From Phoronis australis (taxonomy: Eukaryota; Animalia; Phoronida), in contig NMRA01000401.1 of NCBI GenBank assembly GCA_002633005.1, positions 145,827 through 209,826 on the forward strand: a stretch of DNA of 64,000 bases. Reading direction: 5' to 3'. The translations under genes and the position numbers were made by a program. The notes under the pieces are model-generated. The model was not told where the DNA came from and ran no database searches. It saw nothing but the letters and a program-made list of their open reading frames with translations. This document shows positions 52,701-64,000 of this stretch, in pieces. Each line of letters starts with the position of its first letter. Positions within the stretch are counted from its first letter, which is position 1.

Positions 52701-53585
52701 TGTTTGAACTTTTACGTTTTCATTTACGTACTAGGCAGAAAATGTATTTTCGCTAATTGACAGGGAGATTCCTTCATTGTCAAAGGACCACGCCTGGTTG
52801 GCAGGGAACCCTCAGAGTCCACAACTTAGGCAACAGGCTATTGCTAAATTACTGCTGAAATCCAGCTGACCCACATGTTAATCGGTCAAAGTGTCTACAA
52901 GAAAGTGAAGGAGAAACATCATATGTTCTGGTGAGAGAAGTGTAAAAATGGCCAGTTATTGGTTTGGGCAACTGAAAGAAAGCTTACTTGAAAAGTTGAA
53001 GTTGGAAGAAATTAAAGATATCGACAGCGTCCTAAGGTATCCCTTCATGCGCAAAAGGTACTTACAGCAACGGGATGTTGATGATTTAAACAGTGTGAGA
53101 ATTTGCCGAAAAGCTTCCAGAAGAGCGTATGAGATGGCCACCACCTCAGACTGTACTGTTATTGTTACCGAGACTGCATACATACATACATGGTTATATG
53201 AACCAAAACCGTAATCCCATGTTCACAGGTTCATATCTCAAAGCAAACAAAACACTAGGTCTACATCAAAATATTCTCGGGGAATGGTGTCAGACTCTTT
53301 TAGTAACAGCCATGACTCAAAAACAGACTTAATTTTAACCTGAGTGTGTGTACTGTGTAAGAGGAAGTAAACAAGAGAAAACGAAAGTTCACTGCACCTA
53401 ACTATGGCGTCCAAATTCTCTTCAGTCAAGAAGTTGTGCTCTTTAATTATTTCCGTCCATCTATCTTCTTCGGGGAGGTCCAAATTCAGTACATATTCCT
53501 TTACGGGCACGGAGTGTTGTGTGTGGGCCACAAAAAATGAGCCAAGTATCCAAAACACAACCTTGACAAAGGAAGCTGCCATCAT
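31734..53585 (-). CDS. NAAA: N-acylethanolamine-hydrolyzing acid amidase / acid ceramidase family Ntn-hydrolase (~354 aa precursor)
   Basis: Ten in-phase exons: 53585-53398, 41238-41144, 40712-40643, 38629-38488, 37514-37424, 36346-36267 (identical copy 35233-35154), 34350-34178, 33908-33852, 32902-32807 and 31806-31734. Signal peptide, LNLDLPEEDRW, LPSPFAGEIKG, autocleavage nucleophile AF|CTSIVAQD, HGRNLDY, TGMKPHAFTVTLNER, YLIVGGVKPGEGAVIT, WYVLETNFDHW. CTSIVAQD and NLDY favour NAAA over ASAH1. Confidence 0.92.
34894..35052 (+). mobile_element. hAT5-like MITE copy
   Basis: CAGTGGCGGATTTAGG...GGCAAAATCCTGGCTAAAACTCT...CTCAAAATCCTGAATCTGCCCCTG, same family as 9501-9653. Confidence 0.7.
35114..36225. 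other. ~1.1-kb near-identical duplicate of 36227-~37333 across a single N (probable uncollapsed haplotype), including NAAA exon 6
   Basis: The sequence after N36226 restarts exactly at ATAATCTACATAAAAAC (35114). The left copy ends inside the 61-bp minisatellite. Confidence 0.8.
37087..37431. repeat. 61-bp minisatellite overlapping the NAAA exon 5 splice donor (~5.5 copies; also ~35975-36225)
   Basis: Unit TACCTCTCTCACTAATAATAACATGAAGGAAAGTTAGGAATACATTTACTGAATACTTTAG. The last copy runs into the exon end at 37424. Confidence 0.9.
42610..42764 (+). mobile_element. hAT5-like MITE copy with 5-bp target duplication AATTG
   Basis: CAGTGGTGGATTC...GGCAAAATCCTGGCTAATACTCT...GGATCCGCCCCTG, with AATTG at 42605-42609 and 42765-42769. 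Confidence 0.8.
44035..46320 (+). repeat. Tandem dimer of a ~1.1-kb repeat with GAT/GAC microsatellite blocks and a 3' hairpin (Helentron/HINE-like)
   Basis: ~44050-45170 is repeated at ~45175-46270. The motif GAGCGACACTTGGCGAAAT recurs at ~44052, 44215, 45175, 45328 and 46284. Terminal hairpin TACTTGGTGAAAT-GT-ATTTCGCCAAGTA. Confidence 0.7.
47295..48490. mobile_element. ISL2EU-like (Harbinger-related) internally deleted DNA transposon
   Basis: AT|AGACCTAATTCACGC...GCGTGACTTAGGTCT|AT gives 15-bp inverted termini with an AT duplication. Plus-strand THAP remnant at ~47376-47494 (CIPHCLN...FTIPKDVEIRKRWVVAICRDEG). Convergent minus-strand ORF remnant at 48405-48250. Confidence 0.75.
49697..50225. 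repeat. Local direct duplication
   Basis: TTGACCTTATRGATAATTCTACAAAACT occurs at ~49697 and ~49959. The ~140-bp block TCTCTGCTCGGAAATACGAGTGACGGC...TTTACTTTTTCCAC occurs at ~49724 and ~50089. Confidence 0.75.
50958..51561 (+). pseudogene. Candidate spliced coiled-coil gene or pseudogene antisense within NAAA intron 1
   Basis: Acceptor TTTTCTAG at 50957. ORF with four 63-nt/21-aa repeats (QIQSEMRQMxLQIxRLSxNIQ), donor CAG|GTAAAT at 51335, acceptor TTGCAG at 51493 and in-phase GAILGYSEESRLVAEETGSDHQ* ending 51561. There is an in-frame TAG at 50995-50997. Confidence 0.45.
52948..53214 (+). CDS. Possible CARD/death-fold-like ORF (uncertain)
   Basis: Good start context AAAAATGG. The segment LKESLLEKLKLEEIKDIDSVLRYPFMRKRYLQQRDVDDLNS has helix 1-3 spacing reminiscent of CARDs, judged by eye only. 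Confidence 0.25.
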   Translation: MASYWFGQLKESLLEKLKLEEIKDIDSVLRYPFMRKRYLQQRDVDDLNSVRICRKASRRAYEMATTSDCTVIVTETAYIHTWLYEPKP

Positions 53586-54051
53586 AGATTATAGACAACA
53601 GATTCGCAACTCCGGCATATTCTTACGAGCTGAGTTGAACTCTCCTGACCTATCTGCTGCAGTTTCCGGTCAGTATATTTTGACGAGAAATACTTGCATC
53701 TACTTTACTGTCCAAAACAACGAAAAAAATATTAATTTTGGCACTGAAACGGTTTTCAAAGTCTTTCAATAGTAGAAGTGTTGGTATTATGAGTACTTTT
53801 GGCAATGCTACTGGTAATTAATTACAAAATTCAAACTTCGGTGCCGACTGATTATGTCGTCTGCTTGCCCAATAGCAGCATAGTTATCGGACAGTTTTTG
53901 ATTTATGGTTTACATAGGCCTATTGAGAAAACTACGAAAGCGCGTTTATAAATCAACATTCTCGAGTGAGCAGTTCTTCTGGGAAGTGTTGAGAGGCCCT
54001 TAAAAGGGCCGTTGGTTGTAGCTATAGCGTGAAATGGTTCTTAAAAGAACC

Positions 54052-54300
54052 GTTGAATAATTCAACATAAATCACACAGTATACCATGCTCACTCAAGTA
54101 CTGAAGGTCCTCTTCATTCAAGTTTTCATCTTGGAAGGTTGGATGAAAACAGAGGAGATGACAATATCGATGACAGTTGTAACACCTTATATAAATGTTA
54201 CCGTTCTCCAACGTTATCACGAACCCTGCCTTTTTCAGTTCTTGTTCCTGGATTCAGAAGTAGCCCAGAACCATAGGGAAAAAAGACAACGAAAACGAAT
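54052..54300 (-). pseudogene. Decayed PHD-finger-like ORF
   Basis: One frame reads ...ITLENGNIYIRCYNCHRYCHLLCFHPTFQDENLNEEDLQYLSEHGILCDLC* (CxxC-x3-CHxxC...CxxC). Upstream there is an in-frame TGA, and a frameshifted FRCLFS where the first CxxC would be. Confidence 0.4.
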
Positions 54301-57300
54301 CAAATTTTGAAAATCATCGCCTTCGTGTGATTATGTGTTGCTGTCGCCAGACTTGTTCCTCCCCAACATCAATGTCGAAAATCGACGTTACAAGTGATGC
54401 AAACTAGTGTCCTTTNAAGCTAATTCCTTTGCATTTCGCGTGTGTGGCCGAACAACCGGCCACACAGTAGCCGACCATGATTAGCAGACGACGTACTTGC
54501 CGGAAATTACACCAGATAATTTAGCCAGGTGCCGCCAGTGAATAATGACGTAAGGGCTTGTGCGCAAGCTCACAGATTTCGTCCGTTGAAAGTATACGGA
54601 GTTGGCGGTCCAATGTACTATAGTCTAGTCTATGCTGCCATCTAGGAAAGAAACAGCGCCATCTGAGGTAAGAACACGGTAAACCGCCGCCGGGATATTC
54701 CACAACCGACGAGATGTTCAGCGATATTTACACTCTCCGGTAAAAAGTATATTGCTACTTTGACAGGTATCATAAACCGTTCCTGAATGCCAACAATGAA
54801 TTCACACCCAGCTTTTAACGTCATTTGCTTTGCTCCAAGATGATTTTGCAGTATGGAATCTGAAATCAATCACTAACTGCAAAAATATGAATCCCTCGAT
54901 GCAACAACATGTGTAAGTGTAACTTAGTTCACGACAAATACCTATTGGCCTAATTAACATAACACGGATTTATTTTTTCGTTTCTTATTTTAATTTGAAA
55001 TCTTTTCATATGTATCAATGGCCTCATTTCAAACATTTTCAAACGTCATTATGATGGGCGTAGAAAAGACCGTATGTCCAGACCATGAGTTTCAGAACGG
55101 TTCAGTAATAGGACCTTGTCGACAAGTGAGTGTAGGGTTAAAATTCTTCAATTTACAACAAAAAACAACTTAACAATTGGTAAAATGTTTCTATTTTTCA
55201 GAGACTTAAATTGTTGTGAATACTCAAAGAGTTTACCAAAATGAAATGTTTTGTCAATGGCTCCACCGGCCGCCATGATTGGCCGGGCCTATACCTTGCT
55301 CAAAGCAAATTTTCGTGATAGTTAGATAATGGTATATTTAAATTTGAGAAATTTGACAAAATATCGTTTGGTAATAGCTCCGCCATACACGTTATAGCGT
55401 TTTCCCGTTGATCCCAACTTGTTCGATTCTATACTGATTTCCCGACAAGACGTTGGGAAGATGTCGCCCGAGTGTAGCCAATATCTTACATGACTGATAA
55501 ACTTCATTCTGGCATTTACGATTGGAGGGCCAGCTAGGCTCTTTTGTTTGATAATTGCTCTTATCTCCCTGACTGGGCTATGCTGTTAAAATATGAGTTG
55601 AGTTATACCATACCTGAACAGAAATCAACAGTCTCAATGTGAAATCCTCCGCGTCAAATGGTGATCATGTTTAGTTTTTGAATCGCCAAAATAGCCCAAC
55701 TACAAGCCAAAGTTACGACAATCTATTCTTTCCAAACGTACCAATTAATTCGCTCAGGGTTTAACTAATTCTCACATGGTCTGTAATAAGCCTGGTAGAT
55801 AATTGGCCTGCCTGTAACTAGTGTTGTCACACCACGCAGGCAAAAGACTGTGCCTGTGACAGTTAACAAAGGAGCTAAATGTTATCGTGACACGCACACA
55901 ACCCTCTACTTCTGGTAAAGTCAATGAACGGGAGAACGCCGTCATGACTGAACCTTGCTAAAAACAAAGCAAATTTTCCATTCCGGATAATTTAGATACC
56001 GGTAGGTTTCAAATTGAAAATTTTCACAAAATGAAATTTACCATCATGCCTCAGTGTCTGTCCTTCATATTGAGACCAAATTGAAGATTTTTTATCGCAT
56101 TTAACCAAATACATTGAAAATTATAGATTTTACCTAAAAAGTAAATATTTTCTGACAGAATAAAGCCTTTAGACTACTTTTTGACATTACTAACAAGAAA
56201 CTAGTTACATTCACTGCAATTACACAACTGTTTTGACACAGCCACAAATTTCGTTTGATACTGCTGTGTTTATGATGAAATTTCAAGAATCAGGGTCAGT
56301 TTAGTCCGCCATTTTTGGCAACTAGCCGTTCATGCATAGTATCATTCTAGAAAGTTTCATATGATACGACTTTCCAGAATTTTTACATTGTGCTGGTCCC
56401 ATATAACCGTGACCTTGAGAATCAAATAACCTGTCCTAGCGGTAACACCTAAGACTATAGAGTATCTATGGTAACACAGTGTACAGTAGTCGATGAACAA
56501 TTAAAACATCTGAAAATGCATACTTTGTATTTTTAGATGCAATTTGTTTTCTGCATATTTTTTAAAATTGTAATGTACATTAATCGAAGAAATCGTTCAG
56601 TTTTTCTACTTGGAGGCTGCTGTCTTGTGACTAAACTAACAAAGTTATTTCGAAACAAAGTCCGAGCATAGCGGTCCAAAAGTTAACAGACCAACCATAA
56701 TGCTTGAATAATAGACTATTGACTATAACGAATATCTATGGTTGAATGGATTAATTCACTTCGAACTTAATGGTGACCAAATTTTGAACACAGGTTCTAG
56801 CTGAAAGCGCATAAGATTTCATTGTTACAACGCTACCTACGACGTGAAAGGACAATTGGGTGATGTAAGATTATCCAGCAGACAGGCCTGGATTTATACA
56901 CAAGTTGTGAACATGTAGCATATAGGAAAGCGCCAGAATTGCATCAAATTGACTTGTTTGACGCCTTGTTATGCCCATTGCGTCTTTCTTAATTGTAATA
57001 ACTGTTAACCTGAGCAGCAAACTTTTAAGTACAGAATGGCTTTAGCCACCTTACAAACTTTCTTGTTAATCCCCCTACATTCTCTGTCATGAGGGACGAC
57101 TACCCTGACAACGATTTTGGCCTCTACCAAGTCATGACAAGGAATTCTGGGTCGCTTTGTCTCAATACTTTAGACTTCTACTGCATTCAAGTTATATTGT
57201 AACTGAGCATCAAAAACATGAATTTACTAATTTCGTACAAGTAATCAATCACATCGTATGCTACTTTGAAGGTGATTTTTAATTCACCAGCATAGACACG

Positions 57301-58485
57301 CACGGTCCTGGTCATCTATTTTGAACCACACAGCATTCACTCGCAGTTGCAAAAGTCCTGGATTTTGACACAATTTAATGCTCGATACTGATTGGAGAAA
57401 ACAGGTTCTCAAACTGTGGGACCTATGAAAGTGACTACTAACTCTTGCTCTGATTAAGCAGACAATAATGAAGCTCGACCATTTCCCCACTTGAAAATAT
57501 TCAATGTTGTACTCGTGTTATATTGGAAACACCAAACGGTATTAAAACATAAATATTGTTCATTATTGAAATTGTGATGAGGAGAAATACTTCGTGTTAA
57601 TCTGCATGAGGCTTCACAGTTTTTTTACAACTTGACAAGTAACTAATAACAGAACTATGAACTTGAATAGTATATGTCTTTAATAATGCTGAAAACATTA
57701 AATTGCTACCAGGCAAAAGAAATGGACAAAGCACAATAGTTAGGAGCGCTAATTCCACTTACTGATAAACCAATGACAGAATGGATTCATGTTTACAGTA
57801 GTGGCAAGCTGCAATTTGTCACACTTCAAAATGTCACAGGTAAGTGTCATTTGTCACAGTGTTGTGGTGCTTTTTGCATGTATAAGTCCTAATAATTTTA
57901 CTTTGTAACATAGGCAGGACACAATATTTGCCACATAGGCAAGACGCAATATTTTTCAGTGACAATGAAGAATTTCAGGAATTTCCAATGAGGAAAAAGG
58001 AACCACAGAATTCTGAAAACGTCACAGAATTTCAAACAAGCAAGTTTTGTCACAAAATGACACCATGTCACAGGTAGTGCATTTCCCGTAACTGGAATGA
58101 CCTGTTGATTTGATGCATCAACACCCTAATCGCAGAATAGGGTTTCCAGGGTTGCACACAGATGCCATGACGGTAATTCCAAGACATTTTAACAAAGTAC
58201 ATTTGCCAAGTACAATATACCTGAATGGTGAATGTGGGCTGCACTCACTCAATACATCAAAAGAATTAAAACATACATACATGATATAGGCAGAGGACAC
58301 TGGCGAAAATTATTAATGAGAATACAACATAAAAATTTGGAAAATTTATTAAACTTTGATGGCAATATATACAACACAACATGAAAGNGGCTTCGACTTA
58401 ACTATAAATCGCATAATGTAACATGGCACATAAGAGGACTAATAATTCTTACTTTTGAGTAAATGTGGTTAAACCAAATACCTAC

Positions 58486-61400
58486 CTCGTTCTCCGCCGC
58501 GCACAGCGAAGCCGATTTTGACGTCTTTCATGTGTTTTGCCATCTTGGTTGTATTATCACCAATCTGCAGAGCCAGCTCATAGGTCGGAGCAAGGCACAG
58601 ACACTGAAAGAATATAACAGCAACTTCCACATAAAACAAAAGTGGTGACTAGTTAAGACTTCAGGGAAATGAGGAATTGTTTAATGTATGAATTGAATAC
58701 ATTAATTTATTCCCTAAAAACAGGCCATGATCACCTGATACAGAACAGAAAAAACGATGAACTGACTACTCACATGGACCAACGCACACAGCCACCCACC
58801 CGCCCATAAGAAAAGAAAACAGAACATTACATGGTAACATCCAAATACATTATATCCTCATTAATCAACACTGGACATAGCTAAGTTAGTAAAAGCATTT
58901 AAAAGTGTGTAGGACACTAGAAAAATGTCCAAAGTTGGGACAGAACATCTCGGAAATGGTTGATCGGAGTTATTTGAAACTTTCAGATACCAAATGAATG
59001 CTCTATGCATTGTTCTCCAAAATGCTGAGTGGACTTGTTTCTGTATTGTTCCACTTTGCCATGAGCGATCAGTCAAAAATAGCACTTTTAAGATTTTCAT
59101 GAAAAAAACTTAAGTTGAAGACAAAAACAAAAACAATATGATAATGAAGAAAACAGTAAAAGAGTTTTAGAGATTTAACCAGTAACATTTACATCAAACA
59201 GAATTTGGTCATACTTGTAATACCGCTGTTTCGCTATCAATGTACCTTCTTTTTTTGCAAAATTTTACTAAAACACATGGTCCTGCGCCCCAGTTAATGC
59301 CAAATTGTGAAAGTAAAATTCAAATTCTACAACTTTCCGCTTTCATAAAATATATACCGTCAGAGGTCCTAAAGTCGTGAGTGCCCTAAAGTCGTGAACG
59401 ATCTTATTTCTTCTACTGGGCGGTCCTGCGACATCTGGTGTTGAAGTTTCCAGCGTTCTTCTGCTTACGAACATCAAACGAATACCCGGACGTGTTCGTA
59501 TTCACAATATGATAACAAACAGTGAGTGAGTGGCTTATTTTTTCAAATGTATCTTTAAAACAACATATTTCACTAATTCACTTTTTTGTGCATTTTTGGG
59601 ATGTATTTTCGAAAATATCTATCGTTGAGATTTACTCAAACACGCGCTCCAGGGGTAGCTTCAACAATGTATCAAAATGTCCCAGGGTCGATCAAGTTTT
59701 TTAAGGCAAAAACAATAAAATACAGAGCGATAATTGATGCTGGGCTCTTAGCAATTTACGTGAACAACCTCATTGAAGACGTCTGCGCACATCAAAGTTC
59801 GGTGCAAAACATATAACAATTTATTTCAATTGAAACTGAATTAATAAACAATTTAATGCATTTTTATGTCATCTAGAGTAACTGTAAGCACTGTAGTTGA
59901 CTTGTGTGGTCATACTTCGTGCATTTCCGTCTAAACGAAACGTTCACGACTTTAGGGCCTCATTCAAAATGGCCGGTGATGTCAGCGACTCTGTTTTAAA
60001 ACACTGCTTACGGATACAAACAAGGATTAAGATTGTCACGTATATTTGTGAAGGCTGATATATGTCCATGACATCACATGAGCAGTTGCAAACGGACACT
60101 GGGTAGTATGACAATCAACTGCTTATTATGCTTATATTCACGACTTTAGGTCACCGGTGTATACTTTTACCTAGTTAAAACCTAGTTTAAATTTATAGAT
60201 ATATGACTAAATACACAGATTTGACGGTAACGTCCTACATAACCTCAACTGAATATACGAGGTTCCGATGTACCCTCATTCAATAAACACTACCTGAGTG
60301 TACGGCAGTGAAGTGTCGACTCTACTCAGCATGGTCAGGACAAACGCTGCTGTTTTTCCAGTTCCACTCTGCGACTGTGCAATCATATTCTGTGGTCTGG
60401 AAAACAGCAGATAAGCACAACATAACTGATGTCAGTTCCTGCAGGGGTGAGAGTGGCAAGGTGGCATTCCTTTATACTAACGTTGGGCATCAGAAATTTT
60501 ATTCAGAATCAATTGATTGGAAACCATTTCCGATACGAGGCTCCATTCTGAATAGGTTTAATGTTCGTCCAGTGAACTTCAGGTGACGCTCCCCTTAGGT
60601 ATCAGAAGATGGTTTGTGTGTGGCAGAAGAGACATCACCTCTTATAAGCAGACATGTTTACATCACAAACACTGGATTCGAGTATTTTGCACAACAGGGT
60701 TGTAGATTTTTCAATAAATTTTCAAACTTTTCAGCATGTTAAAAGGTTGAAACAGCTTTTAGGTTCTTTTCTAAATTAAGGTAATAGCCACAAAGGTAAT
60801 ATAGACCGTGATATGATACACAACAAAGAATGTTTCTTGCTACGGAAGTCCTATTCGCGTCTTTAACAAAAACATAATCTGCAAAAAAAGAGCTCACGAA
60901 TCTGCACTGGACAATGTTTACATCAGACAACATATTCTAAAAGTTTTACAATAATTCCTCATTGAAAGTATCCACAAACACGAACTACCGGTATGCTCTT
61001 CTGGCCGTCAAAAAACCTAGACCAATGCTGATTTCATGTCATCGACTCGATGCCAGGTAAATGCCTCGTACTTACGGATCGGCTAGTAGAGCTGGTAAAG
61101 CTGTTTCCTGGATCTTCGAAGGTGCATTAAAGCCCATGTCATAAATACCATCTAAAAGTTCCCTTTTCCTGCAAAGAATACCACAAACATTTGGAATATC
61201 AAGTGCACAAAGCAGAGATCTCAATTAGCGTTAACTCTTTCACCTCCAAGTAACTGTCAGCCATTGTGTCCTTGAACCCCAAGTAACTTTGCACACATGG
61301 GCTGAACAGAGGTGCTTGTTTTCAAAATTCCATAGACAATCCCTTTATCATTGAATTTCAAAGTGTGACACACCAAAATGTCGAGAACAGAATGAACTTT

Positions 61401-63314
61401 ATCTACAATTTCACCAAAATTAAAAAGTCTCTCCCTCTCTCAGGTGATGCAGGTAAGTAACACCTGAAACGCCGGCGTTTGTTTGCCAATTTGCCAATTC
61501 AATGTATCGTTTAACCGAATAAAAATGATTCACGAGTAACAGTGTCGTCAACACTCTTCAGTACCATTTCTTAAGATACATTTTCGATCATATTTCACAT
61601 CTTCTATTTATTGAAGGACATAAAGTGAGTGACTTAAATTCGGCGATCGTTAAGTTCAACGATTCAAATTTGTCCACTTGCGGTTGTGACTCGCGCTTCG
61701 TTTAGGCGTTCAAATTAATTACCCTGACAATTTCACCCAATATTTCATCGATATAGAAATTTTGAAAGTGCTCAACTTGCTTATCAGAACCATGGCACAC
61801 TCTAGATGACTCCACATGTTCAGAAAGTTTGCGAAGTTGTCGGAGTTCAACGGCGTTTGTTTGACCCAATTGCGAAATTCGCGAACTGTAAACTAAGTTT
61901 TTCTCCGCTTCAAAGCCATGAAATTCAACTTCTTTGTCGTAATAGTCAACAGACTCTGGCTAGATACATAAGAATTCCTTTTTGGGTTATCTTATATATT
62001 AATTAAGTAGAAAGCATACAAATTATTTCCAATTTCATCATTTGAAAAGTCTACGTCTGAATCGCCGTCGACAGACATTTTGTCAATCTAAATTCTTGGA
62101 AAACCCCTTCAATAACTCACCACGTTACATCTCAACAACGAATCAGAAAAGCTGTTAGAAATGAAGGTAAGTCTATATTTAAATTTGTGATGTACACAAA
62201 AGAATTCCCCTTATCAACCAATCAAATGTGTTGTTGCTTGAAGTTTGGCATGTCATTACACCGATAAAGCAGTCCACGGTGTTGAATGGATGTAAGTTTC
62301 AGAGACCGCTTAAGCGGTCTGCAGTGTTGAAAGGGGGACATGCTGGTACATCATCATTGATACAAAAATTATATCAAGTACGGTTTCATCACAAAGACCG
62401 TAAAACTGATGAAAATTGACAGTAACCAAGGCAACCTAGTGACTGCAGTATGTATAACTATTCAATAAGACAAACTGATGCCACACATTTCTTTTGTGAG
62501 ATACGAAGCAACTGCTGCGGGAATGGGTGTGTACTCATAAAGAAGAGAAAAGAAACTAGGGTAAAATCTCGCCACTCTGGGATGCAATAAAGCGGACAAG
62601 CAAAATATTATTTTCTCCTTTTTTCACTGCAAATGATGGACAGCTCCACCACATACATTTGAGCTCGATTCCATAGCTACCAATGGACAATATTTTGTGG
62701 AATTTTGGGAATTCACAGCAAGTCTATAAATGTTGAAACTGTTTGAAAAGCTAAAACAGATCAATTTTGGGAATCACATTTTTCTGAAATTATGAGATTT
62801 TACCATAGATTGTTAAACACCCTATGTTTTAGGTACGATAAAATCTCACTAAATTCGAACACAATACAGCCAGAAATTTATTATCATTCCATTGAAATAG
62901 TTGCAGCAGCAAATTAAATACTTCTTAATCTACTATCGTTATCTTGAATGCCCACAATTTTTCAGAACTTTTGTCCGATGGTGACTGGTAGAAATCTGGA
63001 AGCCCTTGAAAAATCAAAAGGCATTTTGAGAATTATTTTTGTCCATCTTTAACCAGGCAAGCATCAATGTCTCCACAAACTCATGGACATGCGCGTCGCG
63101 CTTTAATCACTAAGCTACTGAACGTTCTCAAACATAAAAGTAACTAGGCACCACCTGTAATACAGGGCCACTTACAGACTGAGTTTCTCAAAGCTCTTGA
63201 CAGAATAGAGCGGTGAGTTGGGGTCCTTTTGTAACACCTCAAGATCTGCTTTGGTTGTCACCAGTTTCTTGTGCAGTGCCTTCTGCAGCAACGAAATCTC
63301 TTCGGGCGAGAGCG
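58486..63314 (-). CDS. DDX19: ATP-dependent RNA helicase DDX19/DBP5 (partial: first exons lie beyond the right edge, 3' half not found)
   Basis: Exons 63314-63176, 61168-61076, 60396-60294 and 58603-58486, in phase. Translation includes [42 protein letters not shown] (Q motif), [18 protein letters not shown] (motif I) and [13 protein letters not shown] (motif Ia). Confidence 0.93.
59357..60159. mobile_element. Tc1/pogo-like non-autonomous element
   Basis: TA on both sides. The left end carries CCTAAAGTCGTGA twice, and the inverted motif TCACGACTTTAGG occurs at ~59944 and at the right end (~60138). Confidence 0.6.
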
Positions 63315-63555
63315 CTGAGACAGAGAAAACAATAAAGCGCTGAGACAGAACAGAAAACAATGATAAGCTCAAAGCAGATAAAATATTCTAGCAAACCGAA
63401 AGTGGAAGAAGCATTCAATTCCCATTGGCGAAACATACGACTAGAACAAGATAATAAACGTAGGTCTAACAACCAGTGCAATTCATTGTACTCTATTCTA
63501 CAGACATGTAAGACAAAAAGTTTTGACACTCTTTATACTTAGAATACAATACAAC

Positions 63556-64000
63556 CGTATTCGCCGTAATAACTGCACACGCCCCTATAAGCGCACCCCA
63601 CACATTTTCAGACTTTGCCAAAATAAGCGCCCAGTCCATGAACATGTACGTGCAAAATATGCCTTACCTAAGTCCTAAAATTCTACAGTAAGGTCTTCAA
63701 TTTATCAATAATATCTGACAGTTCTGAAAAAAATCATTGTGCGCAGAATTTGTAGACCACGAGCCTCGCCGCTATGTCGGTATTTAGCCGTGACTATACA
63801 CTTCAAACTTCCGCCATGCCTCAAAACGAACACAAACGTTCTGCTGATATTGCGAAGACCAATGGTCTGGCCTTTCAGAACAGAAGTAGTGTACTTGTCT
63901 ACGGGATTGCTTTGTAGATATTTCCTGCTTTCAACAGGAATCCAAATTTCTTTGTAGGCCTACACGTGAAAACCGCGAATCGAAGACTAATAAAAAGCTT
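63556..64000. mobile_element. Probable left end of a pogo-like MITE
   Basis: CCGTATTCGCCGTAATAA...ATAAGCGCACCCC...ATAAGCGCCCA resembles CCGTA-terminus pogo-type MITEs. The other end is not visible. Confidence 0.35.

Noticed and set aside
60598-60673. Intronic C/D-box snoRNA in DDX19 (GTGATGT...CTGA)
   Set aside because: Box C is imperfect, I could not identify an rRNA or snRNA target, and the same TGATGTAAACAT word recurs at ~60915 and ~40302 without a D box. An Infernal/snoscan search would settle it.

Overview
AT-rich, intron-rich eukaryotic genomic DNA, most likely from a marine invertebrate bilaterian (inferred from gene set, intron phases and repeat types; the species cannot be determined). 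I reconstructed five conserved spliced genes by hand using GT-AG boundaries and reading-frame phase. These are a RERG/RERGL-like small GTPase (-, runs off the left edge), ALKBH3 (-), BORCS5 (+, head-to-head with ALKBH3), an NAAA/acid ceramidase-family hydrolase (-) and the 5' half of DDX19/DBP5 (-). The introns and intergenic DNA hold many non-autonomous DNA transposons (Kolobok-like and ISL2EU-like with THAP remnants, hAT5-like, Harbinger-like, Tc1/pogo-like, Helentron-like), tRNA-derived SINE heads and minisatellites. Single-N joins flank two near-identical duplications that look like uncollapsed haplotypes, and another N probably hides the 3' half of DDX19. Most ORFs in the supplied track are spurious. 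The best leads are a minisatellite that multiplies an NAAA splice donor, a switch-degenerate RERG-like GTPase, a possible antisense coiled-coil gene and a CARD-like ORF nested in NAAA intron 1, and a mirror-image THAP transposon. I found no clear evidence of a new multi-gene system.
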